From positions 3,264,001 through 3,328,000 of the forward strand of contig OZ220741.1 of assembly GCA_965116885.1 (NCBI GenBank): a stretch of DNA of 64,000 bases, read 5' to 3'. This stretch comes from Candidatus Latescibacterota bacterium. Lineage in GTDB: Bacteria > Latescibacterota > UBA2968. Positions 50,994 through 59,734 of the stretch are shown here, one piece after another (the stretch's first letter is position 1; each line of letters begins with the position of its first letter). The notes under the pieces are model-generated. The model saw nothing but the letters and a program-made list of their open reading frames with translations, was not told the DNA's origin and ran no database searches. A program made the position numbers and the translations under genes.

Positions 50994-51007
50994 CTTTATC
51001 CTCTCGT

Positions 51008-52156
51008 TGTTGCCAAAGCGGCCATCCGCAAGTACGACAAAAGCACTTGACAACGACTGCCGAAAACGCCTTTTTACCAGCCATTCATGCGCAAGAAATG
51101 GCCCTTTTAGTTTCTACACATAGAGGAGATTAGAAGATGGACGACGCGATGCGTGAAACGTTCGCACGACAAGGCTATGTCGTCGTGCCCGATGTGCTCA
51201 ATCAACAGCAGTTGGACGAGCTCAATCAAGTCTATGATCAGTATATCTTTGAGCGGGAGGAGACGCTGTCCAATGCCCGCACCGACAAACAGAACCGCTT
51301 CTACATCGGCGGGCGCGACACCCACGAGACAACGGATCGGCACGGCAACACCTACGTGGGGAGAAGGCTCTGGAGCAAGGCTTACAGGGATCTGATTGAC
51401 AACGAGACCATGCTGCCCATCCTTGAAGAGATTCTCGGCGACCCAGCGTGGGGCCATGCCCCAGCACATATGCCAGAAGATCTTCGCCCCTTGTTTCGGC
51501 TGGATCACGACAATATACATTACAAGCCCGGCCGGAAACCGGCAGATGGCGCGGACATAGGCGGGACACTCCACGGCGGCCCGGGTGCCTTTCATATCAC
51601 GTGTGTGTATGAGCTCAAGACAGTCGGACCAGGTGATGGGGGCTTCGGGTGTGTTATTGGCACACACAAGCCGGCTAATGAGCAGAAGCTGATGGACATC
51701 GATGGCGACTGGCGGCGGAACTGGTGTGATACGGAGTGGACGTCGCAGCTGCCGAACTGGGATGACGATGTGCCGGTGCACCGTGTCGAGGCCAGGGCTG
51801 GGGATTGCATTTTGTTCACTGAGAAGCTCAAACACGGTACGATTCCGTGGGCAGGGAGCGGGGAGCGCCGCACCCTCTTCTACAAGTATGTTCCTTTCGG
51901 CATGCACCACGGCGACGCTGGGTACGACACCAACGATCCCGAACTCACTGAACGGCAGAAACGGATTCTGGAGTTCTCGCCGTGCTGGTTTAACGATCCC
52001 CGTGAGGACAAAGACTACTCCGCGAACCCGGCACTCACAAAGCTCCATCCGTTGGCGTGTGTGGAGAGCGACTCGAGCGTGTTGCTGCCGGGTATGTCGC
52101 CGCCGCACATCCGGTTGACGGACGAGACCAGAGCAATGCTGATGAGTGCCAGCTAG
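51008..52156 (+). repeat. Direct duplication unit 2 (leader plus PhyH gene)
   Basis: Near-identical to 48874-50019. Confidence 0.92.
51137..52156 (+). CDS. PhyH-family Fe/2OG enzyme, HxG variant (copy 2)
   Basis: Same motifs as copy 1; differs mainly at residues 36-64. Confidence 0.88.
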   Translation: MDDAMRETFARQGYVVVPDVLNQQQLDELNQVYDQYIFEREETLSNARTDKQNRFYIGGRDTHETTDRHGNTYVGRRLWSKAYRDLIDNETMLPILEEILGDPAWGHAPAHMPEDLRPLFRLDHDNIHYKPGRKPADGADIGGTLHGGPGAFHITCVYELKTVGPGDGGFGCVIGTHKPANEQKLMDIDGDWRRNWCDTEWTSQLPNWDDDVPVHRVEARAGDCILFTEKLKHGTIPWAGSGERRTLFYKYVPFGMHHGDAGYDTNDPELTERQKRILEFSPCWFNDPREDKDYSANPALTKLHPLACVESDSSVLLPGMSPPHIRLTDETRAMLMSAS

Positions 52157-52185
52157 AATTTTTGGCCAAATGATAGCGAAAATAG

Positions 52186-52221
52186 AAAAATGCCGTGAGA
52201 TTTTTTTTCACGGCGTTTTCT
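52186..52221. repeat. 36-bp hairpin element (inverted copy at 55241-55276)
   Basis: aaaaatgccgtgaga...tcacggcgttttct; 32/36 identical to the reverse complement of 55241-55276. Confidence 0.7.
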
Positions 52222-52237
52222 TGTAGGGAAAGGAGCT

Positions 52238-54112
52238 GTGTCGATGAAGAAGCAAACCCCGGAAGCCATCTTGGCTGGATTTGAGAAACGGGTGGATGCG
52301 ATGTTCCGAGCAGAATCGGGCACCCCCCTGGTGCGCGCCAAGAAGCAAAAACCACTCGGCCCGGGGCGCGGTAACTACGTCCGAGCCTACTCCTATTCCA
52401 TGATGGCGTTTGCCGCACGTTGTCTCTACCTTGGCGAGATGCTGGATGAGGCAAATGCCGCACTGGCCGAAAATGCCCAGCACTACCTCGATAACCCAAA
52501 GGACATCAATGACCGCGACAGTTTCCACTGGCATGCGGAAATCGTCATGCGGCTGATCGAGATGTACGGCACCAACGGGACGGAGCACCCTGACCGCATC
52601 ACCAAAGAAACCGAGGCCCTCGCGCTCAAGCCGGTCTGGCTTTATGCCAAAATGTGCTCGTGGCTAAGCAAGGCGGAGGTCAGGGACTCGCAGACCTGGC
52701 ACATTTACGGGTCCGAGAACCATCACGCCATGGACTTTACGGTGAATTGGCACTTCTCCAGGCTCGCCAGGAATCTGCCCGAATATAGGAACCTCAAGTT
52801 TGATGACGGCACCACGGCCGAGGATCACTACCGCGCCTGGAACGAGTACTTCATCGCTTACTGCCGTGAACGGGCCCGCAAGAGCCTGTGTATCGAAATG
52901 ATGAGCGATGGATATAACGCCACGCTGATCAGAGGGTTCTATAACTTCTACGACTTTGGTGATCCACCAGTACAGCGCTCGGCCGGGATGTTCCTCGATC
53001 TCTACTTTGCTTACTGGGCGCAAGAGCAGATTGGTGGACATATGGGTGGCGGCGGGTCACGCAGAAAGGGGGAGAAGGCGTTCTACCAGAACCGGGATCA
53101 CGGAAACGCTCCGTTGGCCTGGTTCTACTTCGCCATCGGCAAGCAACCAACGGTCAATGGTCATGACGTCAACGCCGCACTCAGCGTTTACCGCCCCCCG
53201 ACCGTAGTGGCCGATATCGCGTCCGACGTAAAGGGACGCGGCCGCTACGAAGTGCGACAGCGTACACAGGGGCTCGGGAAACAAGGCCATTCGTTTCCCA
53301 TGGTGGCCGTTGCGAGCAAAGCGCCGAATCAATTGCGAACCGACGGTGGTGGCATTCTGCGCTACAGTTTCTGTAATCCTGCCTTCATCTTGGGTACCCC
53401 AATGACCGAGGCGCGACCGCTGTCCGATTGGGTCGCGATCAGCGCACAGAATCGTTGGCAGGGTGTGATCTTTGCTGGCGAAGACGATGCCCGCATCGTT
53501 CCTCTTGTGCGTCCCGAGGACAACAGGGTCGTTCTCAATGCTCAGTGGTCCGTCCAAAGCAAGGGTAGCCTGATCACACAGAAGCTCAAGTACCACAAGG
53601 GTGGCGCCGAGATGAACGTCTGGATGTCGGAAAAAGGCTTGAGCGCACCCGTTGAGGAAGATGGTGTGGTATTTGTGGAAGCAGAAGGCGCATGGGCAGC
53701 TATTCGCGTGTCCGATGGAGGCTTCACGTGGAAGGAGGGCTCATACACCGTCAAGGCTGAGGATGGCAGTACACGTAAGACACCTCCCGGAAGGATCATG
53801 GCGCTTAAGGGCGAATATGCCTCCGTCATTCTCGAGGTTATGGCCAAGAGAGACCTCGATAGCTTCGACACGTTCAAAGCGAAGGTAAAAGGTTGTGAAA
53901 TGAGCATGGATGGCGCCATTCTTAGATACACCACGATCTACAGCGACCTGTTGATCTTCGACACCAGCTTTGAGAAAGCGCCCAGCATTAACGGCAAGCC
54001 CGTCAACTACGCCCCAAAGAAGGTCTTTGAAAGCCCTTTCCTCAATGCCGACTACAATAGTGGTATCGTCACCATTAGTAAGGGTAAGCGGAAGAAGGTG
54101 TTGGAATTCTGA
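52238..54112 (+). CDS. Large hypothetical protein
   Basis: 624-aa ORF, AGGAG RBS, SENHH motif; family not recognised. Confidence 0.75.
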   Translation: MSMKKQTPEAILAGFEKRVDAMFRAESGTPLVRAKKQKPLGPGRGNYVRAYSYSMMAFAARCLYLGEMLDEANAALAENAQHYLDNPKDINDRDSFHWHAEIVMRLIEMYGTNGTEHPDRITKETEALALKPVWLYAKMCSWLSKAEVRDSQTWHIYGSENHHAMDFTVNWHFSRLARNLPEYRNLKFDDGTTAEDHYRAWNEYFIAYCRERARKSLCIEMMSDGYNATLIRGFYNFYDFGDPPVQRSAGMFLDLYFAYWAQEQIGGHMGGGGSRRKGEKAFYQNRDHGNAPLAWFYFAIGKQPTVNGHDVNAALSVYRPPTVVADIASDVKGRGRYEVRQRTQGLGKQGHSFPMVAVASKAPNQLRTDGGGILRYSFCNPAFILGTPMTEARPLSDWVAISAQNRWQGVIFAGEDDARIVPLVRPEDNRVVLNAQWSVQSKGSLITQKLKYHKGGAEMNVWMSEKGLSAPVEEDGVVFVEAEGAWAAIRVSDGGFTWKEGSYTVKAEDGSTRKTPPGRIMALKGEYASVILEVMAKRDLDSFDTFKAKVKGCEMSMDGAILRYTTIYSDLLIFDTSFEKAPSINGKPVNYAPKKVFESPFLNADYNSGIVTISKGKRKKVLEF

Positions 54113-54199
54113 ACTACAGAGACCTCAGTGGTAGATGTGGCGTGCTGGGCATGAGACATGCGTCTTGAGGAGGTAGATTCAAATTGCTGGGAGTGATAT

Positions 54200-54925
54200 A
54201 TGGGCGTAATGACAGATGAACAGAAGAAGCACTTTCGCGAAGCAGGATATCTGCTGGCGTCGGGTTTGATTCCCGAGCATGTGGTTCGCAAGGCTGAAGA
54301 CGCGATGTGGGCGGCGTTGGAAATGGACCGTGACGACTCTGAAACCTGGGGGCGTGTGTCCGTGCATGCGATCAATCGACAGCATCGTACATCGCCAGAA
54401 AATCGAATGTTGCGTTCGCCGGATATCCTGGCGTGTTATACAGATGATATTTTGATCGCGGTTTCTGAATTGACTGGTGTAGATCGCGAGGAGATCCACG
54501 CGCCGACACAGGTTATGACTCAGAACGCGTTTCCGACGGAAGGTGAATGGAGCCACTTGAAACCTCACTTGGATGGTGGATCCGATCCGGTAAAGTACAA
54601 TCGTCCGACGTTTCCCATTCCAATCCTGGTGCATTCAATTCTGTATCTGAGTGATACAGCACCGCACGGGGGATGCACGTTTGGATGGCCTGGTTCACAT
54701 CAAAAGCTTCAGGGTATTGCAGAGGACAACCCAGAGAAATATCCCTACTTGTGGGACGTGAATTCGGGTAAGGACACGGTAGATATTGGTGAAGGTGTGG
54801 AATTGGTGGCAAAGCGTGGCGACATTCTGTTTTACCAAAACTTTTTTTTGCATGCAGGAAGCAAGAATATCAATGACTATCCTCGGCTTGCATGTCGTAA
54901 TACATGGAAGTGGAATGCTGTATGA
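54200..54925 (+). CDS. PhyH family protein
   Basis: FREAGYL, PHLD, WPGSH, RGDILF...LHAGS.N...PRLA. Confidence 0.85.
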   Translation: MGVMTDEQKKHFREAGYLLASGLIPEHVVRKAEDAMWAALEMDRDDSETWGRVSVHAINRQHRTSPENRMLRSPDILACYTDDILIAVSELTGVDREEIHAPTQVMTQNAFPTEGEWSHLKPHLDGGSDPVKYNRPTFPIPILVHSILYLSDTAPHGGCTFGWPGSHQKLQGIAEDNPEKYPYLWDVNSGKDTVDIGEGVELVAKRGDILFYQNFFLHAGSKNINDYPRLACRNTWKWNAV

Positions 54926-55010
54926 GCGAAACGAAGAGCAGACTGGATGTTGGAGATCTCGGCGAGGAAAACATGGAATCAGACGGCAAAATACGAGATG
55001 GTAAATTGGA

Positions 55011-55178
55011 ATGGAGGTTGATCCTGAAACATTGCAGCAGTTAGACGAGGTGGATATTCTGGTCCACTGTCTTTGGGAAATGACGTTTTGTGGTTTTGAG
55101 CAGGAGACCATTCAACAGGAATACAGGCAAATTCTCGATGCCTGGGAATCTGTTAAGAACTCAGATTTTTCAACTTGA
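55011..55178 (+). pseudogene. Gene fragment (C-terminal part of a conserved hypothetical protein, possibly DUF6557-like)
   Basis: MEVDPETLQQLDEVDILVHCLWEMTFCGFEQETIQ...*; protein-like but lacks an N-terminal part. Confidence 0.4.
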
Positions 55179-55240
55179 GCCGGAGTAACAAATGGAGATC
55201 AGATAGGACTCGGACTTTCGACAAATAATCTGTTCAAATT

Positions 55241-55276
55241 AGAAAATGCCGCGAGAAGAAATCTCACGGCATTTTT
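55241..55276. repeat. 36-bp hairpin element (inverted copy of 52186-52221)
   Basis: agaaaatgccgcgaga-agaaa-tctcacggcattttt. Confidence 0.7.
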
Positions 55277-55358
55277 TCGATTGTTTTTTTATAATTGTTT
55301 TTCTTTCTATTTGCCAAAAAATAACTATAATTCTCATTTAATAATCATTTTTCCGGGA

Positions 55359-55955
55359 ATGGAAGCCGATGCTGTCCCACCCGTGATTTAAGCTGCTGCC
55401 ATTGCCTATGGATTCGTCTTTCTACACCCTTTTGAGGATGGCAATGGTCGTATCCACCGCTTCTTGATCCACAATATTCTCGCTCGGCGAGGCTTTACAC
55501 CCGAAAGCGTTATGTTTCCCATATCGGCGGTCATGCTGAAGAATCCATCCGACTACGACGCTTCTCTGGATGCGTTCTCCCGACAACTCATGCCTCTGGT
55601 GGAATACACCCTGGAACAGGATGGGCGCTTGACTGTGCATAACGATACCGCGATATGGTACCGCTATATCGACCTGACCTCCCAGGCAGAGGCTCTGTTT
55701 CGGTTTATCGACCAGACCATTGATACCGAACTCGCCGACGAACTGGCCTTCCTGGCCAACTACGATGCGGCGAAACAAGCGATCCAATATACGGTAGATA
55801 TGCCCGATCGACAGATTGATCTTTTCATTCGTTTCTGTCTCCAAAACAACGGCCGCCTGTCCGCACGAAAACGCGCAAGCCAATTTGATCATCTGACAGA
55901 TGAAGAAGTTGATGCTATGGAACAGGCTGTGCAATTCCCTGAGAGGTCTGCTTGA
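55359..55955 (+). pseudogene. Fic family protein remnant (5'-truncated, in-frame stop)
   Basis: MEADAVPPVI*AAAIAYGFVFLHPFEDGNGRIHRFLIH; Fic motif HPFEDGNGR; TAA at 55389-55391. Confidence 0.85.
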
Positions 55956-56060
55956 CGATGATCAAGCGAAACGGGGTAACTCCATGGAACAGGCTGATTG
56001 AGGAGAACTTGCTACACTATCCACTCAAGCGGGAAACTCCAGGGAGTCGTCACATACTAA

Positions 56061-56103
56061 AGTGTCAAAAATAATTGACACTATTTTTATATTCCTATAT
56101 ATT
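56061..56103 (+). promoter_or_regulatory. Sigma70 promoter with a palindromic operator over the -35 box
   Basis: TTGACA (56075)-N17-TATATT (56098); AGTGTCAA-N6-TTGACACT inverted repeat at 56061-56082. Confidence 0.7.
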
Positions 56104-56109
56104 TTAAGC

Positions 56110-56250
56110 ATTGCCCTTTCAGACATTCAGTGCTGAAGCCCCCGGACTTGTTAGTGGACCCGGGTTGAATTTATAAATAATTAACCACCCCTGTTGCTTC
56201 GGGAGCAGGGCGCGAAGCCGTATAGAGTTCTATACGGCTTCTGCATTTTT
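56110..56250 (+). ncRNA. Candidate structured RNA / leader upstream of the NYN RNase
   Basis: Four predicted hairpins, including a cUUCGg tetraloop stem (56189-56210) and a perfect 12-bp stem (56214-56241) followed by tgcattttt. Confidence 0.45.
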
Positions 56251-56259
56251 GGAGATTTA

Positions 56260-56922
56260 ATGAAAACAAATGTCTATATTGACGGGCTTAATCTATATTA
56301 CAGAGCCGTGCGAGGAACGCAGTATAAATGGCTGGATATAGATGCATTAGTCAAAAAAATGTGTCCCCAAAATACCATTTGCAAAATCAAGTATTTCACT
56401 TCGATTGTGAGTTCGCGTCCTAATGATCCCGGACAATCAACGCGGCAACAAATCTATCTACGGGCTTTACGTACTTTTCCGAACATTGAGATTATTAAAG
56501 GTCACTTTTTGACCAGCAAAGTCAGAATGCCACTGGTGACGCCTTCCCCCAAAGGACCAAATACTGCGGAAGTTTGGAGAACGGAAGAAAAAGGATCAGA
56601 TGTCAACCTTGCTGTTCACCTATTAAACGATGCTCATAACAAGGATTATGAGGTTGCTATTGTGGTATCAAACGACTCCGACTTAGGGGAGGCTATCCGC
56701 ATTGTGACTCAAGATATAAACTTGAAAGTAGGTGTTGTATTCCCTGCAGGTGCGATTGATCCGCGTACTGGCACCCGATATAAACTCCGCAAATCACAAA
56801 CGCTTCTAAAATATGCCTCGTTTATACGTCAAATTAGACCAGGTGTTCTCTCACTTAGTCAACTGCCTAATACATTGACTGATGCGAATGGCACTTTTCA
56901 CAGACCATCAGAATGGCAATAA
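56260..56922 (+). CDS. NYN domain (LabA/DUF88, PIN-like) ribonuclease
   Basis: VYIDGLNLYY, EEKGSDVNLA, VVSNDSDL catalytic Asp motifs; GGAG RBS. Confidence 0.92.
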   Translation: MKTNVYIDGLNLYYRAVRGTQYKWLDIDALVKKMCPQNTICKIKYFTSIVSSRPNDPGQSTRQQIYLRALRTFPNIEIIKGHFLTSKVRMPLVTPSPKGPNTAEVWRTEEKGSDVNLAVHLLNDAHNKDYEVAIVVSNDSDLGEAIRIVTQDINLKVGVVFPAGAIDPRTGTRYKLRKSQTLLKYASFIRQIRPGVLSLSQLPNTLTDANGTFHRPSEWQ

Positions 56923-57074
56923 AGAAGTCCAATACAATGGAAGTAAAGCCTCCAACCTCTCGGCACTATTCTACATAATCCCTTAAATTTGATGAAATGG
57001 GTGGCGTGCTTAGGGCTTGCCCCTACTTCTCAGAGATATTGGCAAAAATTGCGGATTACCTCGAGTACACAACA

Positions 57075-57108
57075 AAAGCCCGTCGATCATCACCGATTGA
57101 CGGGCTTT
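57075..57108. terminator. Bidirectional terminator between NYN and tRNA-Asn
   Basis: aaagcccgtcgatc...gattgacgggcttt. Confidence 0.75.
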
Positions 57109-57155
57109 CTTTTACTATGAAACAGATAGATTAAAATTCAGCGAGAAGATATTCT

Positions 57156-57231
57156 TGGCTCCGGCGGTAGGACTCGAACCTACGACCCAGTGGTTAACAG
57201 CCACTTGCTCTGCCAGCTGAGCTACGCCGGA
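57156..57231 (-). tRNA. tRNA-Asn(GTT)
   Basis: Reverse complement TCCGGCGTAGCTCAG...GTGGC-TGTTAA-CCAC...GTTCGAGTCC...GCCGGAGCCA. Confidence 0.96.
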
Positions 57232-57416
57232 ACATAATATTTCCAATAGCGATGAAATCTACTGGAAGTGAATAGTAGTGTCAAGCGCAAATTTTAATCC
57301 TTTGATTTTGCAGCGTCTGAATATCAGGGCATTCCGCTTGACATCACTCTGGTGAACATCTATGTTTCCAGAGGTTAGCCCAACCATCCAACCTACCAGT
57401 CCCCAGCCTCTTGCCT

Positions 57417-58142
57417 ATGTCAGATGAAAAATTGATACAGCGGATTGTTGCCGAAGTTGTGCGGCGGTTGAAGGCGTTGGAGGGGGGCGCGGTATCTGCA
57501 CCGATTGATCCGCCAGTGAGTCTGGTGACGGAAGATCAGGTCAAATCTGCGATCAATCGCGGTGGCGATGTGGTTTATGTGACGCCCAATGCGATTGTGA
57601 CGCCGTTGGCGCGGGATTTGATTCGGCAGCAGAAAGTGCGTCTGCTGGTCGTGGCTGATGATGAGGCGGTGGTTCAGGAGCCGCAGAAATCGAGTGTATT
57701 AGCTATTGGTGCAGACCACAAGGGATTTGAACTTAAGAAACAGATTGTGCTTATGTTGCAAGATGCCGGGCGAGAGGTGATGGATTGTGGTGTGCATAGC
57801 CCGCAAGAGGCGTCTTATGTCGGTGTGGCAAAGACGGTGGCTGACGTTGTTCTGGAAAAGAATTTGATGACAGGGATTGTAGTTGATGGGGGAGGTACGG
57901 GGGCTGCTCTCGTTGCGAATAAGGTAAAGGGAATTCGCGCTGTTTCGTGTCACGATGTGACGTCGGCCAAATTTGCCCGCGCCCATGTGGATGCCAATAT
58001 TTTGTGTCTCGGTGTAGGCGTGGTGGGCGATACTGTGGCGAAAGAGATTGTTGCGACTTGGTTGAGTACCCCGTTTGAGGGTGGGCAATATGCGGCGCGT
58101 GTTCGAGAAATTGATGAAGTGGAGAGTGAGACCCGGGATTGA
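57417..58142 (+). CDS. rpiB: RpiB/LacA/LacB sugar-phosphate isomerase with an N-terminal extension
   Basis: IGADHKGFELK, ANKVKGIRA, ARAHVDANILCLG, FEGGQY..RV; about 90-aa N-terminal extension. Confidence 0.8.
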   Translation: MSDEKLIQRIVAEVVRRLKALEGGAVSAPIDPPVSLVTEDQVKSAINRGGDVVYVTPNAIVTPLARDLIRQQKVRLLVVADDEAVVQEPQKSSVLAIGADHKGFELKKQIVLMLQDAGREVMDCGVHSPQEASYVGVAKTVADVVLEKNLMTGIVVDGGGTGAALVANKVKGIRAVSCHDVTSAKFARAHVDANILCLGVGVVGDTVAKEIVATWLSTPFEGGQYAARVREIDEVESETRD

Positions 58143-58166
58143 GTTGAATGTTCTTTTAATAAGGGG

Positions 58167-58943
58167 ATGACTATGCTTTCACAGGAGCAACTGGCGCAAT
58201 ATGACCGGGATGGATATGTGCTGGTGTCGGGATTAATTCCAGAAGAGACAATTGCCAATGCAGAAGCTGCGATGTGGTCTGTGCTGGGGATGGATCGGGA
58301 TGATCCGGCTTCGTGGTCTCCTTTGCCAGACGAAACAGATGGGGTAAATACAATTGCCCGCCAGGGGGTGATTGAACATTTTGGGGTACGTGATCCCGCG
58401 TTGCTGGCTTGTTGTACGCCCGCATTTTACGAGGCGCAGAGCCAACTGGTTCGGGAGAATGCAGATGCCTTTCACTGTCAGAAGCCACAGCCCGAGGCTG
58501 TGTGGGCACGCAGTGTATTTCCGGTTTCGAAAGGTTGGAATTATCTCGGTGGGCACGTCGATGGCGGACATCGACCTTTTAATGTTTTTCCAGGTTCATT
58601 TCGGGTCTCCTCTCTGACTTATCTCGATTCTGGTGTTGCGCAAGGTGGTGGGACCGCGGTCTGGCCGGGGACACATCGGAAGTTCAGCGAGATGGCAGTG
58701 AAGGATCCTGACCAGTATCGAATGCTGTCGGATTTTGCGAAGCCGCAACAAAGGTTCGGTCTGGGAGAGCCGATTGAGTTGAGGCCGTCCCGAGGGGATG
58801 TCATGTTTTTTCATTATCTGTTAGTACACTGTGGATCCCTCAATACGAGTAATAAACCGCGTTTTGCCCTCCGGTGGATGTGTGCCTGTGACGCATGTCG
58901 CATCTGGGAAAAGTATGGCAAGTGGAATATCTGGATGCCCTGA
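58167..58943 (+). CDS. PhyH family protein
   Basis: YDRDGYVL, GHVD, WPGTH, RGDVMF...VHCGS.N...PRFA; N-terminus similar to the 54200 gene. Confidence 0.85.
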   Translation: MTMLSQEQLAQYDRDGYVLVSGLIPEETIANAEAAMWSVLGMDRDDPASWSPLPDETDGVNTIARQGVIEHFGVRDPALLACCTPAFYEAQSQLVRENADAFHCQKPQPEAVWARSVFPVSKGWNYLGGHVDGGHRPFNVFPGSFRVSSLTYLDSGVAQGGGTAVWPGTHRKFSEMAVKDPDQYRMLSDFAKPQQRFGLGEPIELRPSRGDVMFFHYLLVHCGSLNTSNKPRFALRWMCACDACRIWEKYGKWNIWMP

Positions 58944-59018
58944 TGTTGATGGTTGACTCGCTGTGGGGAAACCCGTATATTTTTTCTCTATGACCAGTGT
59001 TGTTTCCGCGGGGTATCC

Positions 59019-59477
59019 GTGCTGGATAATGACCTGACAGGCATGAAATTTGCGCTCGAAGAAGCCCGCGTGGCAGCGAGCGAGCATGAAGTGCCTATTG
59101 GCGCTGTTGTGATGCATAATGGCGAGGTGATCGCACGAGATCACAATCGCATTGTTCAGCGAAATGATCCCACCGCGCACGCCGAAATGCTCGTTATTGG
59201 GCAAGCGACAAAAAAGTTGGGCGTTCGATGGTTGAGTAACTGCACGCTTTACGCAACACTGGAACCCTGTGCGATGTGTGCAGGGGCTATGGTGCTTGCC
59301 CGATTGTCCCGGTTGGTGTTTGGGGCTTGTGATCCCAAAACCGGGGCTTGCGGATCCCTGAGAAATATTGTGGAAGATACCCGCCTGAATCATCGCCTAT
59401 ATGTGCGCCGAGGGGTTTTAGAAGATGCGTGTGGTCAGGTGTTGCGAGCGTTTTTTCAGACTTTGCGCGAAAAATAA
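59019..59477 (+). CDS. tadA: tRNA-specific adenosine deaminase
   Basis: EVPIGAV, DPTAHAE, TLEPCAMCAGA, DPKTGACGS; start position uncertain. Confidence 0.93.
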   Translation: MLDNDLTGMKFALEEARVAASEHEVPIGAVVMHNGEVIARDHNRIVQRNDPTAHAEMLVIGQATKKLGVRWLSNCTLYATLEPCAMCAGAMVLARLSRLVFGACDPKTGACGSLRNIVEDTRLNHRLYVRRGVLEDACGQVLRAFFQTLREK

Positions 59478-59482
59478 ATATC

Positions 59483-59572
<90 letters not shown>

Positions 59573-59625
59573 AAAAAACAGGTGTATGTGTGAGAAAAAC
59601 ATAGCTGAACGCTAACAGCGATATT

Positions 59626-59715
<90 letters not shown>

Positions 59716-59734
59716 AAAATATCACGAGGTTGTT

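Noticed and set aside
49108..51328. Diversity-generating retroelement (TR/VR pair) as the cause of the variable PhyH segment
   Set aside because: The differences are not adenine-specific (C/T, G/C and others occur), whole genes are duplicated, and no reverse transcriptase is present.
42747..56922. Integron cassette array
   Set aside because: No intI gene and no recognisable attC sites (RYYYAAC...GTTRRRY) between the co-oriented genes.
57030..57075. Possible HTH regulator fragment (SEILAKIADYLEY)
   Set aside because: Too short, with no start codon or context; could be chance.
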